Assembly (NCBI GenBank): GCA_041175645.1
Contig: JBEDEQ010000001.1
Coordinates: forward strand, 1 to 35,789
DNA length: 35,789 nucleotides
DNA from: Actinomycetota bacterium
GTDB lineage: Bacteria > Actinomycetota > Actinomycetes > Actinomycetales > Microbacteriaceae
Direction: 5' to 3'
The notes below the pieces were generated by a model. It was not told where the DNA came from and ran no database searches. It saw only the letters and a list, made by a program, of their open reading frames with translations. Positions 29,601 through 35,789 of the stretch are shown here, piece after piece. Numbering within the stretch: the first letter of the stretch is position 1; every line of letters starts with the position of its first letter. The position numbers and the translations under genes were made by a program.

Positions 29601-30167
29601 GCACTTGAACAGCGCCACAAGTTCTTGACCGAGCAACTCGAAGACCTCACTCAGACTCGAAAAGACTTGCTTCAGATCATCGACGACCTCGACGAAAAGA
29701 TGAAGCATATCTTCGAAGAGGCCTTCAACGACACCAGAAAAGCCTTCGAGCAGGTCTTCCCAGTGTTGTTCCCGGGTGGTACTGGTTCGATTTTCTTGAC
29801 CGACCCTGAGAACCTGCTAACCACCGGTCTTGAAGTTACAGTCAAGCCGGTCGGTAAGCGCATCGAGCGCCTCTCGCTACTCTCGGGTGGTGAGCGTTCG
29901 CTTGCGGCCGTCGCGCTTCTAATCGCAATCTTCAAAGCGCGCCCTTCGCCCTTCTATGTCATGGATGAAGTGGAAGCCGCCCTCGACGATTCAAACCTCG
30001 GTCGACTTCTCGAAATTTTCAAAGATTTGCGCGAAAACTCGCAGCTCATCATCGTCACGCACCAGAAGCGCACCATGGAGATCGCTGATGCGCTCTATGG
30101 AGTCTCGATGCGTCAAGACGGTGTCTCAGCGGTTGTCGGCCAGCGCTTCGAAAAAGAGAAGGCCTAA
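26649..30167 (+). CDS. smc: Chromosome segregation protein SMC
   Basis: GFKSF, GPNGSGKSN, long coiled coils with hinge, LSGGE, DEVEAALD. Confidence 0.98.
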   Translation: MYLKSLTLKGFKSFAQSTTFNFEPGVTAVVGPNGSGKSNVVDALAWVMGEQGAKTLRGGKMEDVIFAGTSTKGPLGRAEVLLTIDNSDGALPIDYSEVTISRTLFRNGGSEYAINGDACRLLDVQELLSDSGLGREMHVIVGQGQLDGILKASPEERRGFIEEAAGILKHRRRKEKTQRKLEAMQANLTRLNDLAGEVRRQLKPLGQQAEVARQAAGIASVVRDAKARLLADDIAALHDALEETAKSEADRKAERNILQELLAENTARLHSLEAAQVSPELDEARQLVFEYDSVTERLRSLLSMANQRVALLSAQSENAAAQVDPAQIARDAENAEAEAVRLAAAVETLKGALAEAEKTRNIARDALERFDNQAAEQTALISQFDLEKSRLANESSVAESRLVSIREELARHQAALVEAQSRLDASSAEYAALEAQLQAEGGKGDSNLEQSYEAAQKAVADAAAKIEQLREVIHQAERERDSLSAKRSALNLTLDQKDGASSVTSSSLRGIRGLVASHMKVTAGFEAAVAAALGSLADAVVADTREDGLAAIEHLKNNDGGRVELIIADVDAKVSAAKSAGVTGVRAATDVVQAPTGILALLADILIVDDIDAARALYAKDSSSVKQTLITLEGDVLTASVIRGGSQSKPSKLQLVSERDAAEARLAEVNEQIETARGELAQARSTEEAAKASAKAALASLNEHDATLASNAEKLGRLRVQVEARQGEVDRLATVASSAEQGIEAAELALSQAMAAHDAFASSERPTVDVSDRHSLVEALENERQKELDVRVDLGAAVERLRVELERAETLKAQVGEATAAIERAQAAAAAQAKALENSRKVLDVLPAVMDAVAAKSAEAKVKLTNLDAARQNQFSELVRLRGEVAETQMKLSTLTQSVHDIELANHEKRLNLANLVGKAHDELVLEQSVLLAEYGPDQMVPSDIDGEPATAYDRDEQVKRLRDAERVLERLGRVNPLALEEFAALEQRHKFLTEQLEDLTQTRKDLLQIIDDLDEKMKHIFEEAFNDTRKAFEQVFPVLFPGGTGSIFLTDPENLLTTGLEVTVKPVGKRIERLSLLSGGERSLAAVALLIAIFKARPSPFYVMDEVEAALDDSNLGRLLEIFKDLRENSQLIIVTHQKRTMEIADALYGVSMRQDGVSAVVGQRFEKEKA

Positions 30168-31411
30168 TGGGTTTCCTTTTCTGGCGCAAAAAGAAAGACA
30201 AGGATGCTCCACAGGAGCAGCCGGTAGAAGTCGTCGAAGCGCCCGAAGCGCAATCTGAAACAGTTGTCGTAGCGCCTGTAGAGGTTGTCGAAGCTCCTGT
30301 AGTTGAGCCCGTAGCGGAGCCGAAGCCAGAGCCGGTCGTCGAGGCAGAGCCAGAGCCGGAACCAATTGCCGAGGTTGTTCCTGAACCGACTGTTGAGGCA
30401 GAGCCGGAGCCAGAACCTATCGCCGAAGTTGTTCCCGAACTGGTAGTCGAGGCAGAGCCACAACCTGAACCCATCGCGGAGGTTGTCCCGGAACCAGCAG
30501 CGGAGGTTGGTCCAGAGCCAGCCCTAGAGGCCGTAGAACTCCCGAAGCGTTCATTCATCAAGGGCATCAAGAGTCTTTTCACTCGAATCAAGTTCGACCC
30601 TGAGAACCTCGACGAACTCGAAGACGTTCTCATCCAAGCTGATTTTGGTGTGGCAGCGGCCGAGCGCATTGTCGAAGGTGTCAAGAGCCGCGCCAAGAAG
30701 CAGGGCGCTAAGAGCGAAGCCGAGCTCAAGCAGATTTTGCAAGACATCATCGCCGAAAACCTCGAGCGCGACGACAAGGCCCTAAACCTAAGTAGCCAAA
30801 AGTTGCCTTACGTGATTTTGGTCGTTGGTGTGAATGGCGTTGGCAAGACGACCACCATCGGCAAACTTGCCAAGTGGCTAAAAGAAGGAGACTGGGATGT
30901 TGTCATCGCAGCTGCCGACACATTCCGAGCCGCGGCTGTAGATCAGATTGCAACCTGGGCCGACCGCGCTGGCGCAACCCTGATTCGCCCAAAAACCGAA
31001 GGGCAAGACCCAGCATCCGTCGCTTTTGAAGCCACTGAAATCGCGGTGCGTAACCAGGCCGATATTTTGATCATTGACACTGCCGGTCGACTTCAGAACA
31101 AAGTCGACCTCATGAATGAGTTAGAGAAGATTCGCCGCGTGGTCGAGAAGCAAGCCGTGATCGCCGAAGTTCTTCTAGTGATCGATGCAACTACTGGGCA
31201 AAACGGAATGGTTCAGGCAAAAGCTTTCGCCGAGGTGGCCAAAGTCACCGGTGTTGCCCTGACCAAACTTGATGGCACCGCTAAGGGTGGCATTGTTTAT
31301 TCGATTCAAACCGAGCTAGGCATTCCCGTGAAGTTGGTTGGGGTCGGCGAAGGTATTTCAGATTTTGCGTTCTTTGACGCACGTGAATTCGCAAAGGGTC
31401 TAGTTAACTAG
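30167..31411 (+). CDS. ftsY: SRP receptor FtsY with acidic N-terminal extension
   Basis: GVNGVGKTTTIGKLA, DTFRAAA, DTAGR, TKLDGTAKGG. Confidence 0.97.
   Translation: MGFLFWRKKKDKDAPQEQPVEVVEAPEAQSETVVVAPVEVVEAPVVEPVAEPKPEPVVEAEPEPEPIAEVVPEPTVEAEPEPEPIAEVVPELVVEAEPQPEPIAEVVPEPAAEVGPEPALEAVELPKRSFIKGIKSLFTRIKFDPENLDELEDVLIQADFGVAAAERIVEGVKSRAKKQGAKSEAELKQILQDIIAENLERDDKALNLSSQKLPYVILVVGVNGVGKTTTIGKLAKWLKEGDWDVVIAAADTFRAAAVDQIATWADRAGATLIRPKTEGQDPASVAFEATEIAVRNQADILIIDTAGRLQNKVDLMNELEKIRRVVEKQAVIAEVLLVIDATTGQNGMVQAKAFAEVAKVTGVALTKLDGTAKGGIVYSIQTELGIPVKLVGVGEGISDFAFFDAREFAKGLVN
30335..30496 (+). repeat. Three 54-nt (18-aa) tandem coding repeats in ftsY
   Basis: VVEAEPEPEPIAEVVPEP / TVEAEPEPEPIAEVVPEL / VVEAEPQPEPIAEVVPEP. 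Confidence 0.92.
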
Positions 31412-31433
31412 ATTCAAGCAACCAAGGAGTTTT

Positions 31434-32933
31434 GTGTTCGGTAACCTGTCAGATCGTCTTGTCGAGACGTTTAGAAACCTGCGCACCAAAGGCAAGCTAA
31501 CTCCCGCCGATATCGACGCCACGCTTCGCGAGATTCGTCGAGCACTGCTCGAGGCAGACGTAGCGCTCGAGGTAGTCAAGAACTTCATTACCGCTGTTCG
31601 TGACCGAGCTTTGGGTGATGAGGTCAGTAAGGCGCTCAACCCGGCTCAGCAGGTAGTTCAGATTGTGAACGACGAGCTCGTTGCCATTCTTGGTGGCGAG
31701 GCTCGCAAGATTTCTTTTGCTAAGAACCCTCCGACCGTAATCATGTTGGCAGGTTTGCAGGGTAGCGGTAAGACGACCCTCGCCGGAAAACTTTCGAAGT
31801 GGCTAAAAGACCAAGGGCAAACCCCGCTACTAGTAGCCGCAGACCTTCAGCGCCCGAACGCGGTAAACCAGCTGCAGGTTGTCGGTGAGCGTGCTGGCGT
31901 AGACGTTTTCGCACCTGAACCCGGAAACGGCGTAGGAAACCCCGTAACCGTCGCCAAAGACGCCATCAAACACGCCACAAAGAAGCAGTACAGCGTTGTA
32001 ATCGTTGACACGGCCGGTCGCCTCGGCATCGACGAAGAGTTGATGAAGCAGGCACGCGACATTGCCAAGGCTACTGACCCAGACGAAGTCTTGTTTGTCA
32101 TCGACTCGATGATCGGTCAAGACGCGGTCAACGTTGCCAAGGCATTCCAGGATGGCGTAGGAATTACCGGTGTCGTGCTCACCAAACTCGATGGCGATGC
32201 GCGCGGTGGTGCAGCCCTATCGGTTTCGTCTGTCACTGGCAAGCCCATCCTCTTCTCTTCAACTGGTGAAGGCCTAGACGCCTTCGAGCCGTTCTACCCA
32301 GACCGCATGGCGAGCCGCATTCTCGACATGGGTGACGTTCTCTCTCTAATCGAAAAGACCCAGAAGGCGTTTGACGAAGAAGAGGCCAAGCGCCTGTCAG
32401 AGAAGATGCTGTCTGAAACCTTCACCCTCGAAGACTTTCTCGAGCAGATGCAGCAGCTTCGCAAGATGGGCAACATGAAGAGCTTGCTCGCCATGATGCC
32501 GGGCGCAGGCCAGATGCGTCAGCAGCTTGAAAACTTTGACGAGCGCGAAATTGACCGCACCGAGGCAATTATTCGCTCCATGACCCCGCGTGAGCGCCAA
32601 GAACCGAAGGTTCTAAATGGCTCACGACGTCTGCGAATTGCCAAGGGTTCGGGCGTCACCGTTACCGAGGTCAATTCGCTGGTGAACCGCTTCGAGCAGG
32701 CCGCCAAGATGATGAAAACCGTTGCCAAGGGTGGAATGCCTCAGATTCCTGGCATGCCGAACATGCCGGGTATGGGTGGCGGATTCGTCGGCGGTGGAAA
32801 GTCGAAGAAGAACGACAAAGGCAAGAAGGGTTCCAAGTCTGGCAACCCGGCCAAGCGCGCGGCCGAGGAGGCTGCACGTCGTGCATCCAAGGATGTCGAA
32901 CCGGGCGCAGGCGGATCGGCGTTCGGAATCTAG
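31434..32933 (+). CDS. ffh: Signal recognition particle protein Ffh
   Basis: GLQGSGKTT, DTAGR, TKLDGDARGG, Met-rich M domain, SR..RIAKGSG; SD aaggag. Confidence 0.98.
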   Translation: MFGNLSDRLVETFRNLRTKGKLTPADIDATLREIRRALLEADVALEVVKNFITAVRDRALGDEVSKALNPAQQVVQIVNDELVAILGGEARKISFAKNPPTVIMLAGLQGSGKTTLAGKLSKWLKDQGQTPLLVAADLQRPNAVNQLQVVGERAGVDVFAPEPGNGVGNPVTVAKDAIKHATKKQYSVVIVDTAGRLGIDEELMKQARDIAKATDPDEVLFVIDSMIGQDAVNVAKAFQDGVGITGVVLTKLDGDARGGAALSVSSVTGKPILFSSTGEGLDAFEPFYPDRMASRILDMGDVLSLIEKTQKAFDEEEAKRLSEKMLSETFTLEDFLEQMQQLRKMGNMKSLLAMMPGAGQMRQQLENFDEREIDRTEAIIRSMTPRERQEPKVLNGSRRLRIAKGSGVTVTEVNSLVNRFEQAAKMMKTVAKGGMPQIPGMPNMPGMGGGFVGGGKSKKNDKGKKGSKSGNPAKRAAEEAARRASKDVEPGAGGSAFGI

Positions 32934-32982
32934 CCGAATCGCTCCGATATTGCGAGTTTGGTTGCCATCTACCTAGTTCTTC

Positions 32983-33110
32983 TGGCAGAATAGAGCGGTT
33001 GCCTTGTGTTTGACCCTCTAACCAAACACTGCCGGCAACCCCTAGAGCTTCTCTACCGAGTGTGCCCCCACGCTCACGGTGGAACTCGCCCAATACAACA
33101 ATCAACAGGA
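32983..33110 (+). promoter_or_regulatory. rpsP promoter (TGgCAGAAT) and structured 5' leader
   Basis: Extended -10 at 32983-32991; hairpins at 32997-33040 and 33053-33082; SD aggag. Confidence 0.6.
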
Positions 33111-33115
33111 GCATT

Positions 33116-33694
33116 GTGGCTGTCAAAATCCGCCTAAAGCGTCTCGGAAAAATCCGTGCGCCGCACTACCGCATCGTCGTTGCCGACTCACGCACCAAGC
33201 GTGACGGTCGCGTGATCGAAGAAATTGGTCGTTACATTCCGACCGAAAACCCATCACTTATTGAAGTCAACTCTGAGCGCGCTCAGTACTGGCTAGGCGT
33301 TGGCGCACAGCCAACCGAGCAGGTTATGGCACTTCTGAAGCTAACTGGTGACTACCAGGCTTCGAAGGGCGAGAAGGCCGTGAACAAAGTTCAGGTCAAA
33401 GAAGCCAAGCCAGAGTTCGTAGTTGACTCAGCAAAGAAGGCAGTTCTTCGTCCGAAGGAAGAGAAGAAGGCCCCAGTAGCCGCAGCAGTTGTCGAGGAGG
33501 CAGCCGTTGAAGAAGTTGTAGATGCACCTGTAGCTGAAGAAGCAGCAGTCGAGGCTCCGGCCGAGGTTGCAGCTGAAGAAGCTCCAGCTGCAGAGGCAGA
33601 GGTAGTTGCTGAAGAAGCACCTGCAGCCGAAGAGGCACCTGCCGCTGAAGAAGCTCCTGCTGCAGAAGCAGAAGCCCCAGCAGAAGAGGCTTAG
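33116..33694 (+). CDS. rpsP: 30S ribosomal protein S16 with long acidic tail
   Basis: [32 protein letters not shown]; GTG 33116 after aggag. Confidence 0.97.
   Translation: MAVKIRLKRLGKIRAPHYRIVVADSRTKRDGRVIEEIGRYIPTENPSLIEVNSERAQYWLGVGAQPTEQVMALLKLTGDYQASKGEKAVNKVQVKEAKPEFVVDSAKKAVLRPKEEKKAPVAAAVVEEAAVEEVVDAPVAEEAAVEAPAEVAAEEAPAAEAEVVAEEAPAAEEAPAAEEAPAAEAEAPAEEA
33572..33691 (+). repeat. Degenerate 18-nt (AEEAPA) coding repeats in the S16 tail
   Basis: gctgaagaagcacctgca / gccgaagaggcacctgcc / gctgaagaagctcctgct. Confidence 0.85.
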
Positions 33695-33699
33695 TAGTC

Positions 33700-33936
33700 G
33701 TGCTAGCCGCTGCGCTCGAACACTTGGTTAAGGGAATCGTCGACCACCCGGAAGACGCTACCGTTACCGAACGCTCAACCTCTCGTGGAGATCTACTTGA
33801 GGTTCACGTTCACCCAGAAGATCTGGGTCGAGTGATCGGGCGCAACGGCCGCACCGCTAAGGCCCTGCGCACACTGGTCAATGCACTTGCCGATGGCAAG
33901 CGCGTGCGCGTTGAACTGGTAGAGACCGATTTCTAA
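33700..33936 (+). CDS. khpA: KH-domain RNA-binding protein KhpA (UPF0109)
   Basis: DLGRVIGRNGRTAKALRT GxxG KH motif; rpsP-khpA-rimM order. Confidence 0.93.
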   Translation: MLAAALEHLVKGIVDHPEDATVTERSTSRGDLLEVHVHPEDLGRVIGRNGRTAKALRTLVNALADGKRVRVELVETDF

Positions 33937-34522
33937 GCAGACCGAGCTCCGTGTGGGCCGTCTGCTAAAGGCTCATGGCCTAAAAGGTGCTATCAAACTA
34001 GAGCTATACACCGACAGCCCGAACGAACGTTTTGTTCCTGGTGCGGTTCTCAAACTTCAGGTTCCAGAAACTTCCCCGTGGTTCGGCAAGACCGTAACCG
34101 TCACCGAACTTCGCTGGTACAACCTAGCCCCGGTGATTTTTCTCGAAGGCGTAGAAGACCGCACAGCGGCTGAAAGCCTAATCAAAGCCATCTTGCTCAT
34201 CGACACCGATGCGGCCGCCCTACCTCCCGAAGAAGACGCCTGGTATGACCACCAGCTCGTCGGCCTCAAGGTGGTTCGCGACGGCGCTGTGGTCGGCAAG
34301 GTTGTTCGAGTCGAACACTTTCCGGCACACGATCTTCTTGCGGTCAAAACCGAGACTGGCGAGGTGCTTGTTCCATTCGTGAAGGCGATTGTTCCAGCTG
34401 TCGACATCGAAGCTCAGACCGTTACGGTTACCCCGCCGGCCGGCCTCTTCGAAGATATTGCCGACGACGAGACCGAAGAGGTCAGTGGCGACAAAGACTC
34501 AGCCGCGCAGGTCAAAGGCTAG
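33929..34522 (+). CDS. rimM: Ribosome maturation factor RimM (start uncertain: ATT 33929 or GTG 33953)
   Basis: LRVGRLLKAHGLKG, DRTAAE, WYDHQLVGL, VLVPFV, PPAGLF. Confidence 0.93.
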   Translation: MSKQTELRVGRLLKAHGLKGAIKLELYTDSPNERFVPGAVLKLQVPETSPWFGKTVTVTELRWYNLAPVIFLEGVEDRTAAESLIKAILLIDTDAAALPPEEDAWYDHQLVGLKVVRDGAVVGKVVRVEHFPAHDLLAVKTETGEVLVPFVKAIVPAVDIEAQTVTVTPPAGLFEDIADDETEEVSGDKDSAAQVKG

Positions 34523-34528
34523 GCATCC

Positions 34529-35215
34529 ATGCGCATCGATGCCATCACGATTTTTCCTGACTATTTCAACGCGCTAGAGCTCTCACTGCTCGGCAAAGCT
34601 CGTGAAAAAGAGTTGCTTGAGGTGCGCATCCACGACCTTCGCGATTACACCCATGACAAGCACAAAACGGTAGACGATAGCCCTTACGGTGGCGGTGCCG
34701 GCATGCTCATGAAGCCAGAGCCCTGGGGTGAGGCATTCGACGACATCTTGGATGCTGACGGCGAGTCGATCGTGATCTTCACGTCACCGGCCGGCGAGCT
34801 ATTCAAGCAGGCCACCGCAGCCGAGCTAGCCCACGCCAAGCACATCGTGTTTGCCTGCGGTCGCTACGAAGGTATCGACCAGCGCGTGGTCGACTTTGCA
34901 TCGACCAAAGCCACAGTTCGCATGATCAGCCTCGGGGACTACGTGCTAAACGGGGGAGAGGTCGCCGCAATCGCGATGATCGAAGCCATTGCGCGCCTGA
35001 TTCCAGGCGTGATCGGTAACTCCGAAAGCTTGGTCGAAGAGTCTCACTCGGATGGACTTCTCGAGTACCCGTCATACACGAAGCCCTCAAACTGGCGTGG
35101 TTTCGATGTTCCAGAGGTTTTGTTGAGCGGAAATCACGCCCTCATCGCCAAATGGCGCAAAGAGCAACAGCTTGAACGCACTAAAAAAGTGCGTCCAGAC
35201 TTGCTCGAAGACTAG
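34529..35215 (+). CDS. trmD: tRNA (guanine-N1)-methyltransferase
   Basis: [42 protein letters not shown]. Confidence 0.98.
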   Translation: MRIDAITIFPDYFNALELSLLGKAREKELLEVRIHDLRDYTHDKHKTVDDSPYGGGAGMLMKPEPWGEAFDDILDADGESIVIFTSPAGELFKQATAAELAHAKHIVFACGRYEGIDQRVVDFASTKATVRMISLGDYVLNGGEVAAIAMIEAIARLIPGVIGNSESLVEESHSDGLLEYPSYTKPSNWRGFDVPEVLLSGNHALIAKWRKEQQLERTKKVRPDLLED

Positions 35216-35221
35216 TTCTTC

Positions 35222-35341
35222 TGGCACACTAGAGAGGTTGCTCGGATAAAGAGTGCTCTGCCGCAGGGGAGCCACCGGGAATTCAAGACGAACGAAAATA
35301 ATGTTTTTGACCTGCGCGCGAAAACAGATTGTGATATCAAA
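35222..35341 (+). promoter_or_regulatory. rplS promoter (TGgCACACT) and structured 5' leader
   Basis: Extended -10-like element at 35222-35230; two hairpins with complementary loops. Confidence 0.5.
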
Positions 35342-35692
35342 ATGCACATACTCGACTCAGTAGATGCCAAGAGCCTCAAGAGCGACATCCCAGCGTTTCG
35401 CGTTGGCGACAACGTGAAGGTTCACGTAAACATCATCGAAGGTAACCGTAGCCGTGTTCAGGTCTTCCAGGGCGTAGTTATTCGTCGCTCGGGCGAGAGC
35501 GTTCGCGAAACCTTCACCGTTCGCAAAGTTTCTTTCCAGGTGGGCGTAGAGCGTACCTTCCCAGTGCACTCACCAGTTATCGAGAAGATCGAGCTAGTAA
35601 GCCGCGGTGACGTACGTCGCGCCAAGCTTTACTACCTACGCGAACTTCGTGGCAAGAAGGCCAAGATTCGCGAAAAGCGCGACAACGCCTAA
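35342..35692 (+). CDS. rplS: 50S ribosomal protein L19
   Basis: [38 protein letters not shown]. Confidence 0.98.
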   Translation: MHILDSVDAKSLKSDIPAFRVGDNVKVHVNIIEGNRSRVQVFQGVVIRRSGESVRETFTVRKVSFQVGVERTFPVHSPVIEKIELVSRGDVRRAKLYYLRELRGKKAKIREKRDNA

Positions 35693-35727
35693 GTCGTTCA
35701 CACCCTCGCTAGCGTTACGCTCAAATC

Positions 35728-35789
35728 ATGAGTGATTTGCCGCAAGCCCCACTTCGTCGCAACCGGCGCGAGCGGGCTGAAAGCAACGG
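35728..35789 (+). CDS. 5' fragment of the next gene, probably signal peptidase I
   Basis: ATG 35728 open to the window end, 6 nt after TACGCT; identity inferred only from the usual rplS-lepB order. Confidence 0.45.
   Translation, partial: MSDLPQAPLRRNRRERAESN

Noticed and set aside
26649-30167. SMC as a Wadjet/MksB-type defence ATPase
   Set aside because: Canonical rnc-mutM-smc-ftsY context, standard SMC motifs, no jet/mks partner genes
30055-30777. 240-aa minus-strand ORF with GSGSGSAS repeats
   Set aside because: Antisense reading of the ftsY EPEPEP repeats
32934-33115. SRP RNA (ffs) or tRNA in the gap after ffh
   Set aside because: No SRP domain IV motif with GGAA tetraloop and no cloverleaf; better read as the rpsP leader
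32671-33126. 151-aa minus-strand ORF across the ffh-rpsP junction
   Set aside because: Overlaps both genes and the rpsP promoter and leader; no coding features

Overview
A moderately GC-rich (roughly mid-50s %, estimated by eye), tightly packed core-genome segment of an actinobacterium. Gene order and protein style point to Microbacteriaceae, probably a streamlined freshwater Rhodoluna/Aquiluna-like lineage (inference). Contents in order: gcvT (partial)-gcvH-gcvP; a convergent LysE exporter; a family-5 peptide/nickel ABC locus (two binding proteins, two enlarged permeases, a double ATPase, and an antisense PH-domain membrane gene inserted in it); typA; a solitary efeU/FTR1 under tandem IdeR/DtxR-like boxes; a PIG-L/MshB-like membrane fusion-fdxA-dapC-gltA; rsmD divergent from recG-coaD-yceD-rpmF-rnc-mutM-smc-ftsY-ffh; rpsP-khpA-rimM-trmD-rplS and the start of a probable lepB. 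I see no rRNA, tRNA, CRISPR, phage, IS or defence genes. Most of the window is ordinary housekeeping. The most unusual items are: the ABC transporter (a Lys-rich binding protein with no lipobox, an acidic beta-domain insertion in one permease, about 6 extra TM helices in the other); a likely ATT start for rimM; structured leaders before rpsP and rplS; the orphan efeU; and a divergent membrane-tethered MshB-like deacetylase. All functional interpretations are hypotheses from reading the sequence; no database searches were run.
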